Of a DNA stretch of 20,000 bases, positions 8,079 to 15,905 are shown in pieces; position 1 is the first letter of the stretch; each line of letters opens with the position of its first letter. The stretch is from an uncultured virus (IMG/VR IMGVR_UViG_3300040801_004110) (Duplodnaviria > Heunggongvirae > Uroviricota > Caudoviricetes). The position numbers and the translations under genes are program-made. The notes below the pieces were generated by a model that did not search any database, had not been told where the DNA came from, and saw only the letters and a program-made list of their open reading frames with translations. The stretch lies in the IMG/VR virus record IMGVR_UViG_3300040801_004110; one strand, written 5' to 3'.

Positions 8079-8585
8079 TTATTCAGCTACCTCGAAATAC
8101 ATCTTAGGTTCTGATGTCACATTATATATGTAATCACCACACTTTACAAGCAGTGCATTGTTCCCATAGTACTTGCTTCTCATACCTTCTACACTACCTG
8201 ATGTGGAAAAACTAGGAAACCCTTTTAATACTTCACACTCATCTTCATCTAGCTCTTTAACAGGGTATTTTTTGCCTTTCAATTCAAAATCGTAACCATA
8301 TTTTTCTTTGGCTTCTTCCCATCTTGGTGCTAGCTCTTCGTTTACTAAACTTTCATTAGATCCGAGTGATGCCTGTAAAGCACCTACCATAGCTCCATAA
8401 TCTTTAACATACTTAGAAGTTAAACCATTAACTGTTGCTTGTGCTTTTTTAGGATCAAAATCTTCTCCAAAAGCTTTCTTAAGAACGGTAAAAGCATATT
8501 CTTTGAATTCTACATTTGAAGTTATTTCGTCATTCTTATCTTTTTTTGATTCGAAAAAAGATTTAAAGTTTTTTATATTTTTCAT
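8079..8585 (-). CDS. Two-module hypothetical protein with the N-terminal tag (MKNIKNFKSFFESKK)
   Basis: 168 aa; internal linker SNESLVNEEL; TAATATATA at 8605-8613 upstream. Confidence 0.8.
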   Translation of the reverse strand: MKNIKNFKSFFESKKDKNDEITSNVEFKEYAFTVLKKAFGEDFDPKKAQATVNGLTSKYVKDYGAMVGALQASLGSNESLVNEELAPRWEEAKEKYGYDFELKGKKYPVKELDEDECEVLKGFPSFSTSGSVEGMRSKYYGNNALLVKCGDYIYNVTSEPKMYFEVAE

Positions 8586-8618
8586 ATTATTATGTTATTT
8601 TTATTATATATTATTTTT

Positions 8619-9506
8619 TCAGAACCATTTTAATGGTCTCATATTTTTTAACTTCCACTTCCCATTATCTTCTAGGGTAAAGTCAAATACATATGGATCA
8701 AATTTTTCGATATATCCATCAAATTTTTTAGCTTTAATATCCTTTTTTAATCGTTCTATATTATTTCCATCTATTTCTAAAAAAACAATATTTTTTAGAC
8801 TAACTTCCACATTACCTATTACAATATCTTTGTATATTATTTTTCCACTTAAGTCTATTATAGAGTCGTGATATGAGTATTTTCTTCCACCTGGTATTCT
8901 TCCTCTATACATAACTACTTTTTTAGTCTCTATTTTCTTTATAGGATGGTTTATTAGGAAATTTACGAACTTATCATTTGATTCTATCTTAGATCCATCT
9001 TGTACTAGTAAGTCTATCCCCTCTTTTTCTAACCTAGTTTTTACATCCTTTATAATATCTGGTAAAGTCCCATTTCTAGTCCCTAATGTTGTGAGGTAAT
9101 TAGATACTTTGCCACCACTCCAAGGATACACCATTAATGATTCAACTCGTGATTTTATTAAAACAACGTGCTTTATATATTTTCTTGCGTTTTGTATTAT
9201 GGGGGTTTTTATTTGCTCTTCACGCTCATCAAAACCTTCGCCATTCCTTGAAAAATACCTAAATGGATTTATTTTATAATGGTTAGATAGTTTTTCTCCA
9301 TCTAATACTAGCTTAAATATAGATGTGGGTGTGTCCCCTAAATAACTATTAAACATTTTATCCCTAGAAGTAGATATCCTACCACCACCACCTTTATATG
9401 ACCTTATAGTATTACTTTGTAGAACAAATTTAAGTTTTTCATAATCTAGAACATGATACAAATCGCCTATGTGTTTACCTTCGTTAATACTTTTTAAATA
9501 CTTCAT
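8619..9506 (-). CDS. Putative ADP-ribosyltransferase-fold protein with the N-terminal tag
   Basis: LYH, ISTSR, LVLDGEKL and EREE occur in the order expected for the ART core. The ORF is solid; the function is inferred. Confidence 0.55.
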   Translation of the reverse strand: MKYLKSINEGKHIGDLYHVLDYEKLKFVLQSNTIRSYKGGGGRISTSRDKMFNSYLGDTPTSIFKLVLDGEKLSNHYKINPFRYFSRNGEGFDEREEQIKTPIIQNARKYIKHVVLIKSRVESLMVYPWSGGKVSNYLTTLGTRNGTLPDIIKDVKTRLEKEGIDLLVQDGSKIESNDKFVNFLINHPIKKIETKKVVMYRGRIPGGRKYSYHDSIIDLSGKIIYKDIVIGNVEVSLKNIVFLEIDGNNIERLKKDIKAKKFDGYIEKFDPYVFDFTLEDNGKWKLKNMRPLKWF

Positions 9507-9507
9507 A

Positions 9508-10269
9508 TTATCTCATGTTTTTACCTAGTATGTCCTCTTTGTACATCTTTCTTTTAACTTCCTTTTTCCAAGCATTATAATCATGATTATTCATTTTTTT
9601 CTTAATACTTGATAATGATGGATTTAAATATAACATATCCTCAAATGATAAATCATCCCAAATATCTTCGTTGTCAAGTTTTAACTGGTATATGTTTTGA
9701 ATTATTGCATATATTTCAAAGTATAGGCTATTAACATTATCATGTTTAGCTTTCTTAAGTTTCTTTCTAACAGTTCTGTCTTTTAACATTTTAGTTATAT
9801 GACTATTATTCATAGTATCATCGAGCCAATGGGCTAGCTCATGCCTTATGGATGATTTTATTCTGGTTGGCGAAAATTCTAATTTTATCTGTGGGTGTTC
9901 CTCAGTTGCTTTAATTACACTTCCATTTTTATATTTGTTAGTAAAATCAATCGCACTTTTGCTAACTTTAACTGAAATAGTAGATTTGGATGTATGTGAA
10001 AAAATTTTTGGTCTATAATAGTTTCCATTTGATGTACCACCATAATCATTCAAGTGAATATAACAAGGATTTAACATATGTGCTTCTTTACACTTATTTG
10101 ACTTTAGTTCACTTGAATAAATAATTTTCTTCGCAAACATCCCATCTCTTATCTCACCCGTTTTCATTACTTCCTCAATATCTTCTTTGAAAAAGGAGTA
10201 TAAAAAATTAACATCTATATCTATATCATAATGTATTTTCTCTGTGATAAATTCATTAAATTTTAACAT
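9508..10269 (-). CDS. Zincin-like HExxH metallopeptidase with the N-terminal tag (MLKFNEFITE)
   Basis: IRHELAHWLD plus downstream FEIYA (candidate third ligand); GNYY strand upstream. Confidence 0.7.
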   Translation of the reverse strand: MLKFNEFITEKIHYDIDIDVNFLYSFFKEDIEEVMKTGEIRDGMFAKKIIYSSELKSNKCKEAHMLNPCYIHLNDYGGTSNGNYYRPKIFSHTSKSTISVKVSKSAIDFTNKYKNGSVIKATEEHPQIKLEFSPTRIKSSIRHELAHWLDDTMNNSHITKMLKDRTVRKKLKKAKHDNVNSLYFEIYAIIQNIYQLKLDNEDIWDDLSFEDMLYLNPSLSSIKKKMNNHDYNAWKKEVKRKMYKEDILGKNMR

Positions 10270-10286
10270 TTAAATTATTTTTATTG

Positions 10287-10315
10287 TATATATTAAAATA
10301 TAGTATTACTTTTTG
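10287..10315. promoter_or_regulatory. Divergent promoter cassette TATATATTAA-N10-TACTTTTT(G), with a degenerate host-type box
   Basis: Same offset as at 7808, 11913 and 15861; ATG at 10319 follows. Confidence 0.55.
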
Positions 10316-10318
10316 AAT

Positions 10319-10555
10319 ATGGGAAATTTCGAATATATAAAATTAATAAAAAAAGATATAGATAAAATGTCTGTGGGTGAAGTAATAGACTATATTTATT
10401 ACTGTAGTAAATCATCTCCACGTGAATATCTAATAACACATTCAACAGATTCGGGCATAAGGGATATAGCAAAAAACGAAAGGCATCTTAGATGTGAAAA
10501 AGATGCCCTTATATTAAAATTACATAGACTAGATAAACTAAGCCAGATTATCTAA
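10319..10555 (+). CDS. Hypothetical protein ending in the RLDKLSQII tag
   Basis: The track gives a TTG start at 10313; the ATG at 10319 is preferred because the TTG lies inside the promoter box. Confidence 0.7.
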   Translation: MGNFEYIKLIKKDIDKMSVGEVIDYIYYCSKSSPREYLITHSTDSGIRDIAKNERHLRCEKDALILKLHRLDKLSQII

Positions 10556-11030
10556 GCCTATCTATTAGATGCTTTCTCACCTCATCAGGTAAATCGCTAA
10601 CTTCTATTTCTTCACCCAAATGACCACCTTCTTCAACTGCTCCTAAATATTGAGAAAACCCTTGAGGATGTGTTGGGTTGTGGCTAAATCCAAGAGCTTC
10701 CCCATCTTTAAAAATAACAGTATATCTATCAAATGTTTCACCACCATTGTCCCACACTGAAGAAACTAAATCCAGTACATCTTCATCTTTATCATTTATT
10801 ATAACTTCTTCAATAGTTTGCATATTATCTTGTGGACCTATTCCAACATTAACTTTTGTCCCAACTTTAAAATAATCACGTATTTCTTCATCGGTTAAGT
10901 GTTTAGCTACTGATGTGTTTACAACATCACCATTCTCATATTTTACTGTAACTGATCTCATGTTATTTTCGTTTACCACATTTAAGTTTTCGTTTATAAA
11001 TTCATTAAAAGTTCTTTTTATGTTTGACAT
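10548..11030 (-). CDS. Two-module hypothetical protein with the N-terminal tag (MSNIKRTFNEFINENL)
   Basis: 160 aa; C-terminal module DNGGETFDRYTV...NPTHPQGFSQY; TAATATATA at 11055-11063. Confidence 0.8.
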   Translation of the reverse strand: MSNIKRTFNEFINENLNVVNENNMRSVTVKYENGDVVNTSVAKHLTDEEIRDYFKVGTKVNVGIGPQDNMQTIEEVIINDKDEDVLDLVSSVWDNGGETFDRYTVIFKDGEALGFSHNPTHPQGFSQYLGAVEEGGHLGEEIEVSDLPDEVRKHLIDRLR

Positions 11031-11053
11031 ATTAGTTTATTTTTTTTTATATG

Positions 11054-11908
11054 TTATATATTATTTTCAGATTCTTTATTTTCTTTTTCGAACTCGTTAT
11101 TAAACATTGTCCAGTCTTTATAGAGTCTGTTTTTAATCCTTTTTTTCATTTTATTACTTAGGTATTCCCATGAAGTGAAATTTAGTAAGAAATCATCTAA
11201 AACCTTTTTAAACGTCCTTGGGATAAAATTATGAAAACCACTCCCAACATCATAAAAAGAAGTCTCTTTTAAAGCCTGTGTGTATCTAGCATTAACCTCA
11301 TGTGGGATACCAAAATATTCTTTTCTATTTTTCTCGATGAGGTTAATTTCATCCTGTGTTAGAGTTCCATCTTTCTTTTTAGAAATGGAATCTATCTTCT
11401 TTAGATCATTATTGAATCTGGTGTTTACAAATTTTCCATCACTCCTATAAGAATCATATGCATGTTGTAATTCATGTATTAGCGTATTATGTCCATGTAA
11501 ATATAATGTGAAATAATAATCATTGTATTCATCTAAGTCATCACTTTTATATAATTTTAAATACTTATCATTTATATCTTTTAACAATCCTTTCATGTCA
11601 AAAAATATGGTTATCCAGTGTTGATTTTTGTCATTTCTAAAATAATTACCATGTATTGAAGCCTTATCCTTTGATTCGTGCTTAACTACAAGTTGTGTGT
11701 TTTTTATAAAATCTTTTATTATGTTAAATTTAGTGTGATCTATGTTATGTAAGTAAACAGGTGGGATAAACAAAAATCCTTGTTTATCAGCCTTTTTGTA
11801 CTCTAAAGCCTCGTCCCTTATTTTTTTAGCAGCTTCTTTAAATATTTCATTTGCTAAATCTGATATTTCTTTGATTTGGTTGTAATTTTCGAACAGTTTA
11901 ATTATCAT
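11054..11908 (-). CDS. Zincin-like HExxH metallopeptidase with the N-terminal tag (MIIKLFENYN)
   Basis: LIHELQHAYD and PHEVNAR; GNYF strand. Start moved from 11944 to the ATG at 11908, 4 nt after TTAATATATA. Confidence 0.75.
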   Translation of the reverse strand: MIIKLFENYNQIKEISDLANEIFKEAAKKIRDEALEYKKADKQGFLFIPPVYLHNIDHTKFNIIKDFIKNTQLVVKHESKDKASIHGNYFRNDKNQHWITIFFDMKGLLKDINDKYLKLYKSDDLDEYNDYYFTLYLHGHNTLIHELQHAYDSYRSDGKFVNTRFNNDLKKIDSISKKKDGTLTQDEINLIEKNRKEYFGIPHEVNARYTQALKETSFYDVGSGFHNFIPRTFKKVLDDFLLNFTSWEYLSNKMKKRIKNRLYKDWTMFNNEFEKENKESENNI

Positions 11909-11912
11909 AACG

Positions 11913-11940
11913 TATATATTAAATAAATATGTTATATTTG
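11913..11940. promoter_or_regulatory. Divergent promoter cassette TATATATTAA-N10-TATATTTG
   Basis: The 36-nt intergenic region is the cassette plus 4 nt to the ATG on each side (11908 and 11945). Confidence 0.75.
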
Positions 11941-11944
11941 TCAC

Positions 11945-12208
11945 ATGAAATTAGATGATATTTTCTTCAGTGAGTACCAACAGTGGCAATATTATAAACT
12001 GATATCTAAACCTTTTGTTTCACTGACAAAGCATGAGCTTCTGATGTATCGTTTTAAATGTGGTATAACTTATCAGACATGTGAAAGAATGAAGAAAGGA
12101 TATCGAAAAGACGAACTTCGGGATATAGTCATGGATAACATAGATCATAGACTAAATATTATAATAAAGAGAAAGTTCAAACTTAGAGAACTAAATAAGA
12201 TCCTTTAA
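11945..12208 (+). CDS. Hypothetical protein ending in the RKFKLRELNKIL tag
   Basis: 87-aa ORF. Confidence 0.7.
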   Translation: MKLDDIFFSEYQQWQYYKLISKPFVSLTKHELLMYRFKCGITYQTCERMKKGYRKDELRDIVMDNIDHRLNIIIKRKFKLRELNKIL

Positions 12209-12892
12209 ACTATCTAGACTCTGGTATAGTTGGTTGTATGAATCAATAACGAAGTAATCATTCTGTACATCATCTATGTAAAAATCTTTATTTAGAATAG
12301 TTTCTAAATCATAATCTATAAAATTACCCTCTGTGTTGAAGACTTTATTAGTTTCTTTAGATGATGATATTATTCCAGCACCATAAGATACTATGTTTCC
12401 CCTTTCCCTAATTACACCAAATTCAATAGTGAACCAATATAACCTTTGTATTTTATCCATTGCTTCGGGATTATCTAAGTAATTTAGAGATATTTTACCA
12501 AGTTTATTTACAAAATCTGAATATTTTTTATCAATTAACATAGGTATGTGTCCAAAAATATCGTGGAACATGTCTGGTTCTTCTAAATAGTCTATTTTGT
12601 TTTTACTTCTGATCCAAGTTGAGGCACAAAACTTTTTTTCTGCTAATAGTTCAAAAAACCTTTCTCTGTCAATAAGCCCAGATACTATCTCAATAGACCA
12701 TCCTGTTTCATCTAATATCTTATTAAGCTCATCTATCCTAACAATTTCTTTTTCATTAAGCACTTTAATTTTATTCAAAGAAGTGTCGTATAATTCAGAT
12801 ATTTTTCCCACAAAGTTTTTCTTTTGTGTTTCAAAAAGTAGTTCCCAGACATCTTTATCTTCTTTAGTATATTTAGAATATTCCTGTTTCAT
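12191..12892 (-). CDS. phhA: Phenylalanine-4-hydroxylase (pterin-dependent aromatic amino acid hydroxylase)
   Basis: DYLEEPDMFHDIFGHIPML (two Fe-binding His), LYWFTIEFG (Fe-binding Glu), YGAGIISSSKE; short bacterial form. Confidence 0.95.
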   Translation of the reverse strand: MKQEYSKYTKEDKDVWELLFETQKKNFVGKISELYDTSLNKIKVLNEKEIVRIDELNKILDETGWSIEIVSGLIDRERFFELLAEKKFCASTWIRSKNKIDYLEEPDMFHDIFGHIPMLIDKKYSDFVNKLGKISLNYLDNPEAMDKIQRLYWFTIEFGVIRERGNIVSYGAGIISSSKETNKVFNTEGNFIDYDLETILNKDFYIDDVQNDYFVIDSYNQLYQSLDSLKDLI

Positions 12893-12904
12893 ATGTTCAT
12901 TTCT

Positions 12905-13270
12905 TTAATTTTTTTTAATTCTAGTATAAGATTTTGGCACATCGACACTGATCATATCTGATTCTTCTATTTTATCTTTGATTTGCTTTTTTATTACTTT
13001 AGAAAAATAAAACTTTACAAGTATATAAATACACATTTTATCTATAAAACTTTTACTTAATTTAAAACGAGTAGATATGACTATGATTTTCACTCCTCCC
13101 TCACAGAGTATAGAATTCAAAAAAAAATTATCTATTCTTATCTCAGCATCGATTTCATAATTTTTAAGAACAGCATAACCATCATGGGTTATAGATATAT
13201 TCCATTTTTCAATATCATCCTTTAACGAATTTTTTATTAATTTTAAAAATTTCTTTCTATGTATTTTCAT
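12905..13270 (-). CDS. Hypothetical protein
   Basis: 121-aa ORF directly upstream of phhA. Confidence 0.7.
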   Translation of the reverse strand: MKIHRKKFLKLIKNSLKDDIEKWNISITHDGYAVLKNYEIDAEIRIDNFFLNSILCEGGVKIIVISTRFKLSKSFIDKMCIYILVKFYFSKVIKKQIKDKIEESDMISVDVPKSYTRIKKN

Positions 13271-13292
13271 ATTATATGGTTATAATTAATTA

Positions 13293-13332
13293 CAAATATA
13301 ATACTTATATTTAAACAATATTAAAAAGTTTA
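13293..13332 (-). promoter_or_regulatory. Tandem promoter boxes: TAAACTT-N15-ATATAA (13332-13305) and TATATTTG (13300-13293)
   Basis: Same arrangement as at 1768-1813. Confidence 0.6.
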
Positions 13333-13343
13333 GTATAAATAAA

Positions 13344-14354
13344 ATGAAAATAAACTGTAACTACTTGAAAAATAACAAGCCTGATGATATTTATAATGAT
13401 ATAAATACTTTATCAAATGGTATATTTAGTGAGTTTTACAACTTTATGAGTTATAACAATTATAACCTTGAAACACGTATCAGTTTTTATTGTTTAGATA
13501 CTAAAGAAACAAGTTTAGAGTACAATGGATTTATAAATTTTATACCAATACTTGAAGTTAGATTTTTGAAAAAAGAAATAGACCTAGATAAGAATTTCAA
13601 AAATTGGGACGGTAGTGTTTACTTTACTGATAAGGTGGATATATTAGATAATATAAAAAAACTTGTAATAAACTTGAATGATTTTTTTAAAAGAAAAACA
13701 CCTTTTCAAGGTTCAGATATTTTGTTTTCTATGCGTAGTCTTAGTGATATTATGTTTAGAATCTCGTTACCATCGGTTTATAACAAGAGGGATATAAATA
13801 TAAATGATGTTTATGATATAAGGGAATATGTGTTGGATAAATTTAATCTTATAAAAGAAGAATCCGATACTAGTTTGGGTATTGGGTCGGAAAAGTATTA
13901 TCAAATTGAGAAGTTTTGCTCAGGGATAATGGGTAATAAGAACTTTTTAATAAAACACAAAAGATTATTTATGAGCCATGATTATAATAGAGATAATCCT
14001 CTGTCTAATGACTTAATAGAAAATGATTTAAATGACAATATTATACATATAGATAAGATATATAATCTAATCATTGAGAGTATGTACAACAGGTTAAAAT
14101 GTTCAGTACCCGATCTTGTAATGGAAAAAAATGAAAAAGAGGCATGTTATGTAGATTTGTCTTTACCAACTTTTTATGAGTATAAAATATATAACAAAAA
14201 AACAGGAAATATTTTGTTAACTGCAAAGTACTTACCAGAACTAGAGGGTGAAAATGTGTCTATATTCAAAAAAACTAGACGTAGGTTTAGAAGTAAGAAA
14301 ATAGTAAAAAAAGTTGACTTTTATTCGGCTGAGGTATATCTTGAAATATATTAA
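13344..14354 (+). CDS. Hypothetical protein
   Basis: 336-aa ORF; no family recognised. Confidence 0.8.
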   Translation: MKINCNYLKNNKPDDIYNDINTLSNGIFSEFYNFMSYNNYNLETRISFYCLDTKETSLEYNGFINFIPILEVRFLKKEIDLDKNFKNWDGSVYFTDKVDILDNIKKLVINLNDFFKRKTPFQGSDILFSMRSLSDIMFRISLPSVYNKRDININDVYDIREYVLDKFNLIKEESDTSLGIGSEKYYQIEKFCSGIMGNKNFLIKHKRLFMSHDYNRDNPLSNDLIENDLNDNIIHIDKIYNLIIESMYNRLKCSVPDLVMEKNEKEACYVDLSLPTFYEYKIYNKKTGNILLTAKYLPELEGENVSIFKKTRRRFRSKKIVKKVDFYSAEVYLEIY

Positions 14355-14542
14355 TGTATTAAATCAAGTATCATGTATACAGTAACTCTTTTCTTTTCCT
14401 TGACAAATTTCAACTCACCATCATAATTCATATCAAGAGCCTTTGATTTAAATTTATCATACTCACTGTCAAAATTCGACTCTATTTTTTTAGATGTAGT
14501 TACTCCTATTTTTCTGTAAATTTTATTATCATTATATTCCAT
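14351..14542 (-). CDS. Small hypothetical protein
   Basis: 63 aa; a TAAATATATA variant box lies upstream at 14561-14570. Confidence 0.65.
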   Translation of the reverse strand: MEYNDNKIYRKIGVTTSKKIESNFDSEYDKFKSKALDMNYDGELKFVKEKKRVTVYMILDLIH

Positions 14543-14560
14543 TAATAGATGTTTTTATAG

Positions 14561-14577
14561 TATATATTTAATATATA
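14561..14577. promoter_or_regulatory. Overlapping divergent AATATATA boxes (TATATATT-T-AATATATA palindrome)
   Basis: The plus box ends 4 nt before the ATG at 14582; the minus box is 18 nt before the ATG at 14542. Confidence 0.65.
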
Positions 14578-14581
14578 CATT

Positions 14582-14926
14582 ATGAGAAAAAAAGTCGATT
14601 ACATATTCATATACGGGGTTTTCAGAGTACAAGAAAATCAATTACTAGGAAAAGATAGAATATATTGTGGGAAAAGTAGTATAGATGGTAAACTATACAG
14701 AGTTAATAAATTTTATCCTGGTTATGTTAAAGGTGAAGGTAAAGTATGGGGTGATGTATATGTTATAGATCCTGAAATATTTCCAGAATTAGATGAATTC
14801 GAAGGTGATGAATACGTAAGGGAAAAAGTGAACACTCATAATGATTTAGAATGTTGGGTTTATAGGTTTAAAGATCCAATTGATAAATACAAAGAGATTC
14901 CTTCAGGGGATTGGTTACTTAGGTAA
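14582..14926 (+). CDS. Gamma-glutamylcyclotransferase (AIG2/GGACT-like)
   Basis: FIYG, GKLY, FYPG, VWGDVY, LDEFEG (catalytic Glu), YVR, CWVY. Confidence 0.88.
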   Translation: MRKKVDYIFIYGVFRVQENQLLGKDRIYCGKSSIDGKLYRVNKFYPGYVKGEGKVWGDVYVIDPEIFPELDEFEGDEYVREKVNTHNDLECWVYRFKDPIDKYKEIPSGDWLLR

Positions 14927-14933
14927 CTAATCA

Positions 14934-15281
14934 TTAAGTGTACTTTTTTCTTTCAGATTCTATTCTTTCTATTTGTTTTTTGTATTTTAAATCAAAATTT
15001 TCTTTTTTCAAATCTAAATAATGATTAAATTCTTCTTTTGATAATTTTTCAGCTTTAAAAATTGTACTAAACCCAATATTTATTTCCTCCATGCATTCAA
15101 TAGTCTTTAAAGCATTATCTTTTATCTCATAAACATAAGCTTTTCTAAAATCATGTGTTATTTTATTATTATAACTACTTTCAACGTACTTTTTTTCATA
15201 AGAACTATTGTTGTCTAATATCTTAGACAATTTATCCTTTCTTACTTCATTTTCATCTGAATATGCTCTAATGACCCACAT
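14934..15281 (-). CDS. Hypothetical protein with the RKDKLSKIL tag near the N-terminus
   Basis: 115-aa ORF overlapping the upstream gene. Confidence 0.7.
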   Translation of the reverse strand: MWVIRAYSDENEVRKDKLSKILDNNSSYEKKYVESSYNNKITHDFRKAYVYEIKDNALKTIECMEEINIGFSTIFKAEKLSKEEFNHYLDLKKENFDLKYKKQIERIESERKKYT

Positions 15282-15531
15282 TGTACTTTTCGTTTAAAAC
15301 GTTGATAAAGTTACAAAAATATTCTAAATCTTTCACACTACATTCAAATACATTTATTGAATTAATGTATTTTCTTAAATTTTCCATATCTTTTTTATAT
15401 TCTAAATGCTCTTTTTTATTCAATATAAAATCTAGTTTATATTTTCTAGATTTAATAACTTTTTGAATACTTAATTCTAAGTCTAAAGAGCAGTCGAGTA
15501 AATATAAATAATAGTCATATTTTTTCTTCAT
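15268..15531 (-). CDS. Hypothetical protein with an internal RKYKLDFIL tag
   Basis: 87-aa ORF. Confidence 0.7.
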   Translation of the reverse strand: MKKKYDYYLYLLDCSLDLELSIQKVIKSRKYKLDFILNKKEHLEYKKDMENLRKYINSINVFECSVKDLEYFCNFINVLNEKYNVGH

Positions 15532-15536
15532 GTAGG

Positions 15537-15564
15537 TTATATTAAAAAACTAACACAAAGTTTA
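15537..15564 (-). promoter_or_regulatory. TAAACTT-N15-ATATAA bipartite motif
   Basis: Fills almost the whole intergenic gap; ends 5 nt before the ATG at 15531. Confidence 0.55.
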
Positions 15565-15840
15565 TTTATCACTGGTTTTATCCCCCTGTAGATCTTCTGT
15601 TTGGTCTATTTTATCTTCAATTTCTGGTAGTGTAGTATCAGTCATTTTTTTAGTGACTCTATCAAACCTAAGTTTGGCATTCTTTGGGATTTTATGAGAC
15701 GTGTCATTATTTGACTTGAAATTTCTTTTCATTTTCTTCAAATCCTCTTTCTCACTATCTAAGTTATTAATAAAATCTTTATAATTAGATATTATATTAG
15801 ATTTAGTATCATAATTTGGAGTGTTCGTCTTATAAGTCAT
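15562..15840 (-). CDS. Hypothetical hydrophilic protein
   Basis: 92 aa; tag-like IISNYKDFINN near the N-terminus; TTAATATATA at 15861-15870. Confidence 0.75.
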   Translation of the reverse strand: MTYKTNTPNYDTKSNIISNYKDFINNLDSEKEDLKKMKRNFKSNNDTSHKIPKNAKLRFDRVTKKMTDTTLPEIEDKIDQTEDLQGDKTSDK

Positions 15841-15860
15841 AATTTATTATTATTTACACT

Positions 15861-15888
15861 TATATATTAAAAAAAATATCTACATTTG
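15861..15888. promoter_or_regulatory. Divergent promoter cassette TATATATTAA-N10-TACATTTG
   Basis: Lies between the divergent starts at 15840 and 15906. Confidence 0.7.
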
Positions 15889-15905
15889 TATAAAATTAAT
15901 TTTAC

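Noticed and set aside
2107..10680. Similarity between PKGFSQ (2020..2169 protein) and PQGFSQ (10548..11030 protein)
   Set aside because: The match is too short and the flanking residues are unrelated; likely coincidence.
11909..11944. N-terminal extension MTNITYLFNIYV of the 296-aa ORF
   Set aside because: This stretch is the divergent promoter cassette; the ATG at 11908 gives the tagged N-terminus.
2171..13341. T4-late-like TATAAATA upstream of 2197 (2171-2178) and 13344 (13334-13341)
   Set aside because: I noted only two such upstream instances in very AT-rich DNA, which cannot be distinguished from chance or from variants of the TAATATATA box.
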